Positions 5,734-15,340 of a stretch of 36,772 nt of DNA are shown here, piece by piece; positions within the stretch are counted from its first letter, which is position 1; each line of letters opens with the position of its first letter. The position numbers and the translations under genes are program-made. This DNA comes from a virus (Duplodnaviria; Caudoviricetes), in the IMG/VR virus record IMGVR_UViG_3300025389_000049, positions 1 to 36,772 of that record; one strand, 5' to 3'. A model generated the notes under the pieces. The model made no database searches, was not told where the DNA came from, and worked only from the letters and a program-made list of their open reading frames with translations.

Positions 5734-8127
5734 TTACACTACAATAAGTTCGCGACTGATATTTATAGTAGCAGACGATGATGAACCCATAGTAGCGAGT
5801 AACTGTGCGTTTCCACCAGATATGTTTGAAGTAAATGTAACAAGACTACCATTGGTTTCTAACACACTATACTCAGTCTTGTATGTTGTTGTACCGTCTT
5901 GTATAATCATAATTTCGTGTACGCTGTAGTTAGTACCTTGTGTAACTTGTACCAAATATTTGGCTGAACGGTAAGTGGCAATTGCCCAAGTATCAACGGC
6001 TGTTGCTGTTGTAGTTGATAGTGTTGATTGGGTAACACTTCGATTAGTAATATTAGTACCACCACTAGTTTTAGTATTAATACTCTGAGTACTAATATTA
6101 CCCGATACTGTAGGAGCACTAAATGCACCTGTACTTGGATTAAAACTAAATGTGCTAGTTGTTGAAAGTGCTTGATTACCGCTGGTATTGCTGGCTACAA
6201 ATCCAATGTAGAATGTGCTATTAGTACTTACACTACCAGTAGTTGCTATATTAGTTGCGTTAGTTGCCGATGTAGCATTTGATACTGCTGTAGAACCAAT
6301 AGCACTTACAATGTCACTGGCTGTTGCTACACTGATAGCACTTGTGCCATTACCTTTTAATAAACTACCGCTGGTAAATGATGTAGCACCAGTACCACCA
6401 TATGGAACTGTAACTGCTGTTCCATTCCAAACACCAGTACCAATCGTACCTACACTAGTTAAGCTACTGTTAACAACACTGGATCCTAGCGTAGTTGCTG
6501 ATAACACACTTACACTATTAATTTCATATACTTTGCCTGAAGCTAGACTAATATGTTCGCTACTGGTCCAAGCTGAGTTACTTGATAGCCATTCAAATGT
6601 TTTGTCTGTAGTACCATGCAATATGATACCGCCTTGGTTGGCTGTAGTATCAGTTGGGCTGGCAACTTTACCTAGTTCAAGATTAATATCTTCAATAGCA
6701 ACTGTTGTACTGTTAAGTGTTTCTGTAGTACCATTAACTGTTAGTGTACCAGTAATAACAAAATTGTTATTGACTGTAGTTGTTCCTGAACTAGCGCCAA
6801 TGTTAACTGTAGTAGCCGCACCACCAATGTTAACTGTAGTAGCATTGGCATTAACAATATTTGCTGTTGTAGCTGTAGTTGTTAAACTACCACCATTGAC
6901 TGCTATGTTTCCTGCTGTATTAAAACTACCGCCATATACCGCACCGCTAATACCTGCACCGCCATAAACAACTAAAGTACCAGTTGAAACACTTGAACTT
7001 GTTGTGCTAGGTGCTTGAATGATTGCGGCTAGATATTGATTTGGATTACTGCTGGTAGTTGCTAGTCCGCCTACATTGAATTTAACAATCTGGCTAGGTG
7101 TACCAGTACCAATAACTAAATTACCGCCAGTTAAAGCGTTAGTACCATCTGTTCCTTGTACATACAAGTAACCATCATTTGGTCCTAGTGCATAGGCTAG
7201 ACTGGTGCTTTGTGTACCATTCCAAGCAGAGCTGGTAATACCCATGTCGATAAATCCAAATGTATCTCCACCATTTGGACTTGTTGCTGTTAAATCGCTT
7301 GATACTTGCGCACCAACATTGTTGTTAGTTATGTTATTCTGTGCATAACCATTAATACTAGCTACAGTTGTAATTACAGTATCGGCTAGGGTTGCTCCAC
7401 CAGTGGAACCAGCATAGATAGCACCAAAGCCATGGCTGTCACCGTTGAATGTACCACTGTTGGTTGTAATATTGTTCTGTGTTACTGTACCAGTATAATT
7501 AATACTTCCATCAACTGTTAAGTTACCTTCGACGTGAGCATTTGAACTTACTGTTAGTGTTGTACCAACTGTTACAGCACCGCTGGTTGATAAACTAGTC
7601 AATGTTCCAACAGTGGTTAAACTACTGGTAACGATGCTAGAACTTAGTGTTGTTCCAATTAAGCCACTTGAGTTAGCCTGTATTACTCCTGCTGATACAC
7701 TGATACTAGAGCCGTCAACTTTAACGCCACCTAGTGTGCTTGTGCTGGCTGTTGGAAGTGTGTAACTGATAACACCACTTGTGGCTACAATAGTTGTACC
7801 ATCAACTTGTAGCACACCTTTCTGACTACTTGATCCTGTTGGCAAATAAGTGGAAGTGATTACGCTACCATTCCAAGTACCGCTAGTAATTGTTCCTACA
7901 CTGGTTAAACTACTGGTAACTACAGATGAATTTAGTGTAGTACCTGTTAATGTACCAGCTGCCGCTGTTAGAGTGTAAGTTGAACTGCTACCATCAAAAC
8001 TAACTCCGTTGATAGTAGTTGCTGTGGCTAATTTTGTTGCTGTTGGTGCGTTTACCAATAGGTTTGCGCTACTATCAAATACGTTTGTAGTACCTATTGC
8101 AATCCCGTCTTTTATCTTAAATGCCAT
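5734..8127 (-). CDS. Tail fibre-like structural protein
   Basis: 797-aa S/T/G-rich repeats (TTL.S.VV.SSLTSVGT); N-terminus similar to neighbour (M.F.IKD); TAAATA 8146-8151. Confidence 0.8.
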   Translation of the reverse strand: MAFKIKDGIAIGTTNVFDSSANLLVNAPTATKLATATTINGVSFDGSSSTYTLTAAAGTLTGTTLNSSVVTSSLTSVGTITSGTWNGSVITSTYLPTGSSSQKGVLQVDGTTIVATSGVISYTLPTASTSTLGGVKVDGSSISVSAGVIQANSSGLIGTTLSSSIVTSSLTTVGTLTSLSTSGAVTVGTTLTVSSNAHVEGNLTVDGSINYTGTVTQNNITTNSGTFNGDSHGFGAIYAGSTGGATLADTVITTVASINGYAQNNITNNNVGAQVSSDLTATSPNGGDTFGFIDMGITSSAWNGTQSTSLAYALGPNDGYLYVQGTDGTNALTGGNLVIGTGTPSQIVKFNVGGLATTSSNPNQYLAAIIQAPSTTSSSVSTGTLVVYGGAGISGAVYGGSFNTAGNIAVNGGSLTTTATTANIVNANATTVNIGGAATTVNIGASSGTTTVNNNFVITGTLTVNGTTETLNSTTVAIEDINLELGKVASPTDTTANQGGIILHGTTDKTFEWLSSNSAWTSSEHISLASGKVYEINSVSVLSATTLGSSVVNSSLTSVGTIGTGVWNGTAVTVPYGGTGATSFTSGSLLKGNGTSAISVATASDIVSAIGSTAVSNATSATNATNIATTGSVSTNSTFYIGFVASNTSGNQALSTTSTFSFNPSTGAFSAPTVSGNISTQSINTKTSGGTNITNRSVTQSTLSTTTATAVDTWAIATYRSAKYLVQVTQGTNYSVHEIMIIQDGTTTYKTEYSVLETNGSLVTFTSNISGGNAQLLATMGSSSSATINISRELIVV

Positions 8128-8151
8128 TATTCACTCCCGTTGCTATATTTA

Positions 8152-8835
8152 TCAGAGCATTTTACGAAATGTAAACACATAATTTGCTGTGCCGCGTGTT
8201 GCGTTGTTACTGAACATTTGTAGGCTTAGATAGGTATAATGTGCGCTTCTTAAAGTGCGTAGATAAAGACCACCATCTTGGCTAGCGCCTGTACGGTGTA
8301 GCTGTATTTCGTCTGTAGGTAATTCTTGATTAGAATCAGTTACACCACTAAACCAACTCATAATTCCACTGTAATATTCTGTAATGTTTTGCCCGCCTGC
8401 TGATATATCATTAGCATATAATTGTACTAGCCAAGTTCCAGTGCTAAGATTTGGGCCAGTTATTCCAGTATCTTGCCAACTGGTGTTCAATTGCATACTT
8501 ACTGTAATAGTTACGATTGTATCGCTTCCGCCACTTTGTCCTGTGTAAGCAGTAATTTGTCTAGTACTATCTGTGGCAAAGATTAACGGGCCTGAGATTG
8601 TTAATGCACCAGTATTATCTAGCGTAGCTGTTTGTGTACCATCTGGACTGATAAGTTCGTTTGATGGTGTACTTGACCCGCCACTACTAACTGCTATGCC
8701 GCCAGGTGTTATGCCATCACTAATTCTAAATGTATTTGAACCAGAGTCGTACCAAATACGGTTAATTTCGCCGATACGTGAATCGCCGTCGTCATAACCG
8801 TGATAACTTGTGAATAATTTTTGTACGAATGCCAT
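8152..8835 (-). CDS. Probable virion structural/fibre-associated protein
   Basis: GE...WYD...FRISDGITPGG N-terminal motif typical of phage fibre proteins; TAAATA 8855-8860. Confidence 0.65.
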   Translation of the reverse strand: MAFVQKLFTSYHGYDDGDSRIGEINRIWYDSGSNTFRISDGITPGGIAVSSGGSSTPSNELISPDGTQTATLDNTGALTISGPLIFATDSTRQITAYTGQSGGSDTIVTITVSMQLNTSWQDTGITGPNLSTGTWLVQLYANDISAGGQNITEYYSGIMSWFSGVTDSNQELPTDEIQLHRTGASQDGGLYLRTLRSAHYTYLSLQMFSNNATRGTANYVFTFRKML

Positions 8836-8857
8836 TAGAATACCCTAGATAGAGTAT

Positions 8858-9127
8858 TTATCGGCGTATGAGTTGTTTGATTTTATCTAGCAAATCGTCA
8901 TCTTCAGAGCCTATAGTGTCGTCAGATGTAAGTTTATCAATAACTGGGCTTTCTTTACCTTGTGCGGCTTTAGCTAGTTCTAAATGCTGTTGTAGCGGAG
9001 GAACCATTATAGGGTTACTTTGAAGTTCAGGTTCTTCGTGGTCTTGACCTGCTGAAACTTCAGGCTCGCCATCACCATTAATCTTAATGTTGATAGGAAT
9101 ATTAATAGTGAATTCTTTTGCTCTCAT
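8858..9127 (-). CDS. Hypothetical acidic protein, probable internal head protein
   Basis: MRAKEF leader; TAAATA 5 nt upstream. Confidence 0.7.
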   Translation of the reverse strand: MRAKEFTINIPINIKINGDGEPEVSAGQDHEEPELQSNPIMVPPLQQHLELAKAAQGKESPVIDKLTSDDTIGSEDDDLLDKIKQLIRR

Positions 9128-9138
9128 GGTAGTATTTA

Positions 9139-9699
9139 TTAGAAGCCGTTAGTCGCTGGGTTATAATATAATAAGTTAGTCCATGTATCTGAGTTAGTTG
9201 CATGACTGTTAGTGTAAAGTATTGACAGGCTACCTGTGCCTTGATTGTTAGCATACTGAACACGAATTGGATAGTATGTTCCTGCGTTCAAGTTAATATT
9301 GCCGCTAGTTCCGGCAGTATCTGATAAGTTTAGAACAGCGTTGCCAGTTGTAAATCCACTTACGGCATTTGATCCAATCCAAACAGTAACAGTATCATCA
9401 GGGCTTGCGTAGATAGACCAGTTACCTGAATAGTTTGGCTTAATGTATCCTAACCATTGATAAGCTATATTAACTTGTGCGGCAGTTAACGACACATCAA
9501 AGTTGTTTACTACAGAGTGTCCAGTAACTGTTCCTGTTGCAAAGAATGTAGGACTGGCAGTATTTTGGCTAGGCCATCCACTGTAGGCTGTTCTATAAAT
9601 ACCAGCTGTATATTTGTTCGCAGAGGCAGTGATTTTGGCCGGAGTAGTTACGGCTTTTTCGTGCAAAGCACCTAGTGTGCGCCAACCAAATCCTGGCAT
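9139..9699 (-). CDS. PA14/GLEYA-like carbohydrate-binding protein
   Basis: W.GYI.P..SG......PDD...VWIG...L.AGTYYPIRVQY pattern. Confidence 0.75.
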   Translation of the reverse strand: MPGFGWRTLGALHEKAVTTPAKITASANKYTAGIYRTAYSGWPSQNTASPTFFATGTVTGHSVVNNFDVSLTAAQVNIAYQWLGYIKPNYSGNWSIYASPDDTVTVWIGSNAVSGFTTGNAVLNLSDTAGTSGNINLNAGTYYPIRVQYANNQGTGSLSILYTNSHATNSDTWTNLLYYNPATNGF

Positions 9700-9700
9700 G

Positions 9701-10018
9701 TTAGGCTAGCTCAGTAATTGTAATTGGGCCAGTTGAACTGTTGGCCGCAAATGCTACCATTGTTTGGCCGGGAGTTGCTACAAAGAACTCCACACCGCCC
9801 GCTGGAATTAAAAATGCATTGTTGTTGGCAATGTTACTGGTAACTGTAAAGCTACTAGTTGTTAACCCTGTGCCTACTAGCACCCAAGTATCTTGGTTCA
9901 CCGCTACGCGAATAATACTACATGTTGAGCTAACAGTTGAAGATACTGCGCATGATGTAGTTGTTGTAAAACTTTGTGTTGTGCCTGGGTTATAAGCACC
10001 TTTTCTAACTGTTAACAT
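9701..10018 (-). CDS. Small beta-rich putative structural protein
   Basis: AAGGA RBS; T/S/V-rich; TAAATA 10049-10054. Confidence 0.7.
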   Translation of the reverse strand: MLTVRKGAYNPGTTQSFTTTTSCAVSSTVSSTCSIIRVAVNQDTWVLVGTGLTTSSFTVTSNIANNNAFLIPAGGVEFFVATPGQTMVAFAANSSTGPITITELA

Positions 10019-10048
10019 ATCTTATCCTTTTTGAAGGTTTCTTAGTGT

Positions 10049-10064
10049 TATTTATCGTTAAATA
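10049..10064. promoter_or_regulatory. Back-to-back TAAATA late-promoter-like cores
   Basis: TATTTA 10049-10054 (minus) and TAAATA 10059-10064 (plus) between divergent genes. Confidence 0.6.
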
Positions 10065-10071
10065 GCTGACT

Positions 10072-11274
10072 ATGATTAACAAAGAACCATTCGAACGACT
10101 TATACAAGAACTAAAAGAAAACGGCAAATATCGTGTGTTTAATGATATTGTGCGCGAAGCGGGTAAATTCCCTACTGCTATTTGGTATGGGCCTTATAAC
10201 ATTAAAAACATAGTTAATTGGTGTAGCAATGACTACTTGGGCATGGGCCAGCATAAAGTTGTATTAGATGCCATGCATACCGCATTGGATCATACAGGAT
10301 CAGGTTCAGGTGGTACACGTAACATTGGCGGAAGCAGTCATTATCACAAAGCACTAGAGCATGAAATTGCCACGCTACACAAAAAGGAAAGAGCTGTATT
10401 GTTTAGTTCAGCTTATGTAGCTAACGAATGGACACTAATTGCTCTAGCTAAGATTATTCCAAATATAGAGTTTATATCGGATGCTAACAATCACAATAGT
10501 ATTATTGTAGGAATACAACATAGTCGTGCAGACAAAGTCATATTCAAACATAACGATTTAGAAGATCTAGAACAAAAGTTAAAGATTAGTTTTGCACAAG
10601 GTAAAACTCCATGTATAGTATTTGAAAGCGTCTACAGTATGGATGGAGATATTAGCCCGATGGCAGAAATATGTAAGCTGGCTGAAAAATACAAAGCCAT
10701 TACCTATATTGATGAAGTTCATGCAGTAGGGTTGTATGGTAAAACTGGCGGCGGCAAAATTGAAGAACTCGGGCTTGAAGACAAGATAGACATAGTCAAT
10801 GGAACCTTGGGAAAAGCCTTTGGAGTACAAGGAGGCTACATTGCTTGCGATAGCATTGTGGCAGACGCTATTCGTAGTGTTGCCGCTGGTTTTATCTTTA
10901 CAACTAGTATGAGTCCTGTTAGTTGTGCTGGAGCACTAGCCGCAATCAAATATTTGAAAGATCATAACTGCATTAGAGACAAGCATCAGGAACGTGCTCG
11001 CAAACTTAAACATAGATTGAAGGTAGCAGGGATACCTGTAATGGAGTGTAGTACTAGTCACATTGTTCCTGTGCTAGTAGGAGATGCTAAAAAGTGTAAA
11101 GCTATGAGCGATGCATTGTTAAATGACTACAACATTTATGTGCAACCAATTAACTATCCTACAGTTGATGTGGGAACGGAGCGGTTGCGTTTTGCACCTA
11201 CTCCGTTTCACGATGATGGTATGATTGAAGACCTAGTTAATGCTTTAACTGATGTCTTTAAGCGTACATACTAA
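10072..11274 (+). CDS. hemA: 5-aminolevulinate synthase (PLP-dependent, Shemin pathway)
   Basis: [56 protein letters not shown] motifs. Confidence 0.95.
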   Translation: MINKEPFERLIQELKENGKYRVFNDIVREAGKFPTAIWYGPYNIKNIVNWCSNDYLGMGQHKVVLDAMHTALDHTGSGSGGTRNIGGSSHYHKALEHEIATLHKKERAVLFSSAYVANEWTLIALAKIIPNIEFISDANNHNSIIVGIQHSRADKVIFKHNDLEDLEQKLKISFAQGKTPCIVFESVYSMDGDISPMAEICKLAEKYKAITYIDEVHAVGLYGKTGGGKIEELGLEDKIDIVNGTLGKAFGVQGGYIACDSIVADAIRSVAAGFIFTTSMSPVSCAGALAAIKYLKDHNCIRDKHQERARKLKHRLKVAGIPVMECSTSHIVPVLVGDAKKCKAMSDALLNDYNIYVQPINYPTVDVGTERLRFAPTPFHDDGMIEDLVNALTDVFKRTY

Positions 11275-11494
11275 TAAGTTCCATAATACCAAAGAACAAT
11301 GCAGCCTTGACATGATCAGCATTAGCTTGCTCTTGTAACTGCTGAGTGTTAATCATATCTTGTAATACTTCTTTGGCTTCACTAGGACTCATTTGTCCTG
11401 ATTGTACCGCTTGATTAACTTGTAGTGCATATTGCGCACGTTCTGCGGCCCATTGGTCGCCACTTTGTGCTACTTGAATTAATTGATCGCTCAT
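11258..11494 (-). CDS. Hypothetical protein
   Basis: 78-aa ORF coupled to the upstream lipoprotein. Confidence 0.75.
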   Translation of the reverse strand: MSDQLIQVAQSGDQWAAERAQYALQVNQAVQSGQMSPSEAKEVLQDMINTQQLQEQANADHVKAALFFGIMELISMYA

Positions 11495-11874
11495 TAGAAT
11501 CTCCCTTGTACGGTTGTTGCGATAATGTCAGCTTGTTGTATCAAGACCTTTTTCTTCATATCACAGTAGATAGGACTAACTGGGCCTTGCGCTGTTCTGT
11601 CTTGGAACTCCTTAATGGTATCCATCATGACTTGATCCAACTTAGCCATGTCTCTGGTACCTTTGGTATTGGCATATAAGTCATACCATTCTACTTTCAT
11701 AAACAAATCATGTAACTGCGGCTTAACATCTCCTGTGCAGTCAATATGTCTAGCAGACTGTTGCATGTCTGTAACTATCTTACTTTGATTAGGATCCCAA
11801 AAACTAGGAATCTGATCTTTAATTGTTGTACAGCCTGCCAGTGATACTAATAGAATCAATAATAGTTTTTTCAT
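11494..11874 (-). CDS. Putative lipoprotein
   Basis: MKKLLLILLVSLAGC lipobox. Confidence 0.8.
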   Translation of the reverse strand: MKKLLLILLVSLAGCTTIKDQIPSFWDPNQSKIVTDMQQSARHIDCTGDVKPQLHDLFMKVEWYDLYANTKGTRDMAKLDQVMMDTIKEFQDRTAQGPVSPIYCDMKKKVLIQQADIIATTVQGRF

Positions 11875-12698
11875 TTTTTGTGTCCTGATTTCATGTTAGC
11901 CATCCAATGTGCTAACTGTGCCGCACGACCATGATGCCCTTTAGCAAACTTACGTAAACTCGTTACACTACCTTTAGTTGGCACATGATAACGTTTGCTA
12001 TCTCCTTTGTCTTCGGGATGACGTCCGTCAGCAAAGTTTTCAAATGGTATGTTAAAATTTATGCCAGCTCTGTGAGGAGCAATATACGTAGACACTGTGT
12101 TGTCGCCACCGCTTATTGGAGCAGAATATCTTAATGTAGGTTTAACATCATCTGCTCCAATAGGTTTGCCAATACCTATAGCAAATCCATGTCGGGGATC
12201 ACCTAAACCTACAAACTTATCACCTGCTTGATTAATACCTTTGAGTCCTGTTTGTGTAGATATTTCTGCACCAGGATTTTTTGGATCACGGGGGTTGCCC
12301 ATATCCTCGCCCATCTCTCCGTGGAATGGTTTGACCCAAGTAAATCTAGTATCGGCTGGAATCCACTTAGCTCCTAATCCTCTGGCACCTTTGGCAGGGT
12401 CAGTATCGATTAGTAACCATCCCTTCTTATCACTAAATTGCACATCATGTGCTTTGCGAAGTATTCTAACTATTTTTCCATTAGATTCTAGTTTGCCCAT
12501 GAAGGCAACATCTTCACCGTGTTCTTCTTCCATAGGAGGAGTAAGCGCAGGATATTCACCCATGCCAGGCTTTTTCATATTGGCTAGATTTTCTTTTATC
12601 CTCTTGCCATCTTTGTTATACTTGCCAGATTTCTTTTTAGAAATAGCTATCGCAGCCTGAATGGCCGCGGCATTTTCTGTAAACTCTCTGGCTCGCAT
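11871..12698 (-). CDS. Modular hypothetical protein, probable internal head polyprotein
   Basis: MRAREFTE leader; basic modules separated by Glu-ending linkers. Confidence 0.7.
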   Translation of the reverse strand: MRAREFTENAAAIQAAIAISKKKSGKYNKDGKRIKENLANMKKPGMGEYPALTPPMEEEHGEDVAFMGKLESNGKIVRILRKAHDVQFSDKKGWLLIDTDPAKGARGLGAKWIPADTRFTWVKPFHGEMGEDMGNPRDPKNPGAEISTQTGLKGINQAGDKFVGLGDPRHGFAIGIGKPIGADDVKPTLRYSAPISGGDNTVSTYIAPHRAGINFNIPFENFADGRHPEDKGDSKRYHVPTKGSVTSLRKFAKGHHGRAAQLAHWMANMKSGHKK

Positions 12699-13330
12699 TA
12701 TCCGCCACCTACCAAATCGCCTGCTTTAGCTGGGCCGCCTTTTCCAGGTAACATGCCTTTACCATTAATCTTGTTCTTTTTACTGCCTGTAAATGTACTG
12801 GCTGGCATCATGCGTTCGTCGGTCCTACCTGCAAGTCTTTTTAAATCTCGCTTGATCATGGCAATTAATTCTTTGGCTCCACCATCGCCCCATTCAATAC
12901 TTTTCACAATAGCGTGTACGCCTTCTTTTTCAATTTGATCTAATATATCTCTAGCCAAATGTGGAGTAAGATGTTTCAGTCCTTGTTCATCGCCTTCAGC
13001 TTCATAGATGCGTTGATTGGCTGTAATGTATAACTCGTCAAGACTTTCACAGTTCCAACGACGTAGAGCCAATGCCTTAGGTGTAGGCTTGCCATTAGGC
13101 TTTTTCATAGGACCTTTGTTACCACTCATGCGGGCACAAAAACTCTTACGACGTTTGGCTGCCTTGGAGCCTTTCTTTAGCTTGCTTGGTTTGGTAGTAA
13201 CAGCAGTTTGTAAATGACTGCCTGGATGCTCATGACGATAAGCATTAACGGCTTTTTGACTAAGTCCGTTAGTCTTATCGTGATGATTAACTTTATTCCA
13301 GTCTTCGTTTAATAATTCACCGATCTTCAT
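12698..13330 (-). CDS. Basic modular hypothetical protein (RRKSFCARM...LRRWNC), probable internal head protein
   Basis: MKIGELLNE leader; AGGA RBS; Lys-rich domain. Confidence 0.75.
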   Translation of the reverse strand: MKIGELLNEDWNKVNHHDKTNGLSQKAVNAYRHEHPGSHLQTAVTTKPSKLKKGSKAAKRRKSFCARMSGNKGPMKKPNGKPTPKALALRRWNCESLDELYITANQRIYEAEGDEQGLKHLTPHLARDILDQIEKEGVHAIVKSIEWGDGGAKELIAMIKRDLKRLAGRTDERMMPASTFTGSKKNKINGKGMLPGKGGPAKAGDLVGGG

Positions 13331-13383
13331 AATAAATTCCTGCTAGTCCGCATCCTAATCTTGCTAGACCCTGGTAAATGTCT

Positions 13384-13485
13384 TTACACAGGGCTATAAG
13401 GATTTCTCGGACGGTCTGATCCATCATCTTCTGGATATACTGGATATTTATCAGTATTATCGTTTGGATCAATCAGTGGATGCAT
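13384..13485 (-). CDS. 33-aa acidic/Pro-rich micro-protein (MHPLIDPNDNTDKYPVYPEDDGSDRPRNPYSPV)
   Basis: Hand-translated; overlaps the nuclease 3' end and fills the gap. Confidence 0.5.
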   Translation of the reverse strand: MHPLIDPNDNTDKYPVYPEDDGSDRPRNPYSPV

Positions 13486-14293
13486 TAGCACCGCACTTAG
13501 CACGTTTAGCGTTGGTTAAAGCACCAAAGTCTACAGGCCATTCTTTACCTGGTTGTAGTTCAACTGCACCTTGTGGGAAAGCAAATTTGATACCTGAATC
13601 AGCTTCAATAGTAGCAACTGGAACACGGAATTTAGTTAGGTCATTACCCAAGTTTGGATATGGTGCTACGTGTGGGAATCCCCAACCTGCAATTTCTTTA
13701 GTTTGATTATTGATAACAATTTTGTAGAAACCATGTGGAACAACTACACCTTTACCAATTGTCTTATCACCAGGGCCATATAACCCGCCAGCAATAACTG
13801 TGTATGATTGATTGCGTTGTACTGCCCAACCACGTACACTTGTTTCTAACAACTTCCAAATACCGCGATTCAACGAACCAGCTTGTGGGCTCATGTTAGT
13901 CATTAGGAATGATTCGTATTCGACTTGTGGATCCCAGCTTAGATCGCCGTCTGGAGCCATGTGTCCTTTGTCGTAGCCTGTTGCGGCATAGTCTTGTGGA
14001 ACGGCGCCGTTAGGTACAAATTGATTAGCGGCAAATGCGTTGGTACGTGCTACACAACCTAAGGCGTTTTGTGGCAATAGTTCGTACATAACATAGTTAG
14101 GTAACTTAGCGGCTGCATCGTATCCAACTAGATATGCTTGTTGGCATAATGGTTGTAGTTGACGTTGTGTCTGTGGAAAGCCGTAAGGAGCATGTGCTTG
14201 GCACTGTGCTGGTGGAAATGGTGCTCGTTGTGTCCATGCGAAACTGCTAACACTAACTAAGGCTAGAACCAAGCCTAAAAGATATTTCTTCAT
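13469..14293 (-). CDS. Secreted DNA/RNA non-specific endonuclease (NucA/Serratia type)
   Basis: Signal peptide; GYDKGHMAP, TNMSPQ..SLNRG.W..LE, VP.GFYK. Confidence 0.92.
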   Translation of the reverse strand: MKKYLLGLVLALVSVSSFAWTQRAPFPPAQCQAHAPYGFPQTQRQLQPLCQQAYLVGYDAAAKLPNYVMYELLPQNALGCVARTNAFAANQFVPNGAVPQDYAATGYDKGHMAPDGDLSWDPQVEYESFLMTNMSPQAGSLNRGIWKLLETSVRGWAVQRNQSYTVIAGGLYGPGDKTIGKGVVVPHGFYKIVINNQTKEIAGWGFPHVAPYPNLGNDLTKFRVPVATIEADSGIKFAFPQGAVELQPGKEWPVDFGALTNAKRAKCGANASTD

Positions 14294-14294
14294 G

Positions 14295-14327
14295 AGTAGT
14301 ACTCCTGTTATAAAGTACTACTATTTA
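14295..14327 (-). promoter_or_regulatory. RBS-overlapping hairpin with TAAATA core at its 5' edge
   Basis: Perfect 9-bp inverted repeat 14295-14303/14314-14322; AGGAG at 14302-14306; TAAATA 14322-14327. Confidence 0.65.
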
Positions 14328-14332
14328 CTCTT

Positions 14333-14761
14333 TTAACGCAACCAGCCTACTTTTTTACCTTCAGCTATGCGATTATCATGATCTTCTTCACTTTTAGGAT
14401 AACGTAATGCCCACACACAAACAAAAAACATTAATAAGCCTGTGCCTAGTACTGCTTTCCAATTATGAGTAGTAAACCACATGATAATTAAACTTGAATC
14501 CATCATTAGGACCATAAACCAACGGGCCTTAACTGGAAACACACGTTTCTCTGCCCAGCCGCGAAGAAATGGACCAAAAATCTTATGATTCATGATCCAA
14601 TTGTGCATACGTTCAGATCCTTTGCTAAAACAGTAAGCGGCGCCTACTGTTGGAGTGCTAAAAGGAATACCGGGAGTTACTAGTCCTATGTAGGCTAACC
14701 CTAGGCATATAAAGCCTAGAGTCATCCACATTGCTTTTTTTACTTTAGAAATTGTAGCCAT
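14333..14761 (-). CDS. YbaN/DUF454 inner-membrane protein
   Basis: LG....LA.IG...PG.P........AAYCF.K.S.R.HNW..H..FGP.L..W pattern; TM segments. Confidence 0.85.
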   Translation of the reverse strand: MATISKVKKAMWMTLGFICLGLAYIGLVTPGIPFSTPTVGAAYCFSKGSERMHNWIMNHKIFGPFLRGWAEKRVFPVKARWFMVLMMDSSLIIMWFTTHNWKAVLGTGLLMFFVCVWALRYPKSEEDHDNRIAEGKKVGWLR

Positions 14762-15255
14762 TCTTGATACCTTACGTTGAAGTCTTGCTTCTTACGCTTA
14801 TTTACTAATTCGTAGAAGTCTGGCTTGTAAGGTTTGATCTTTGGCTTCCATCCTTTGGTCTTGTCACTCTTGTTTGAGTTGCAAGGAGCACAGGCTGTAA
14901 CACAATTTTCCCATACGCTTTTTCCGCCTTTTGAAACAGGCATCACGTGATCCAAAGTTGATTCGCTACGACTAATATAATTGCTACAGTATTGGCATTG
15001 TCCATTATCTCGTAGGTATACATTACTGCGACTAAAACGAACAGTAACTTTTGGTTTCATGTATTCACGTAGGATCATAACGCTAGGCACAGCAGTTTCC
15101 CATGTGGCTGAATGTACGATCCAATTTTCGTGCCAAAATAATACATCGGCCTTGTCTAAGACCATGTATTTGATAGCGTCTTCCCAAATAAGGGTGCTCA
15201 ACGGCATGTATGAAACAGGATTTCCGTCAGCATTAAGTAGCAGAGTATCTGCCAT
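14740..15255 (-). CDS. HNH endonuclease (McrA-like)
   Basis: RD..CQYC...TLDHVMP.SKGG...WEN.V.AC..CN..K. Confidence 0.92.
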   Translation of the reverse strand: MADTLLLNADGNPVSYMPLSTLIWEDAIKYMVLDKADVLFWHENWIVHSATWETAVPSVMILREYMKPKVTVRFSRSNVYLRDNGQCQYCSNYISRSESTLDHVMPVSKGGKSVWENCVTACAPCNSNKSDKTKGWKPKIKPYKPDFYELVNKRKKQDFNVRYQEWLQFLK

Positions 15256-15305
15256 TTGATTTACCTCTTTCCGATTGTGTTACAGACCCAACCTATGAAG
15301 TATAT

Positions 15306-15334
15306 ATTATACGCTCATACTGTATTTAAGTCAA
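15306..15334 (-). promoter_or_regulatory. sigma70 promoter with embedded TAAATA
   Basis: TTGACT-N17-TATAAT; TAAATA at 15323-15328. Confidence 0.75.
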
Positions 15335-15340
15335 CTATGA

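Noticed and set aside
6215-6967. 250-aa plus-strand ORF and similar antisense ORFs (e.g. 490-813, 4480-4734, 12241-12660, 16331-16624, 25836-26207)
   Set aside because: Shadows of well-supported genes on the other strand; no RBS or motifs
3924-8835. Diversity-generating retroelement acting on fibres
   Set aside because: No reverse transcriptase or template/variable repeat pair seen in the window
11258-11874. Spanin pair
   Set aside because: A lipoprotein is present but the partner lacks an N-terminal TM/coiled-coil i-spanin layout, and no holin is adjacent
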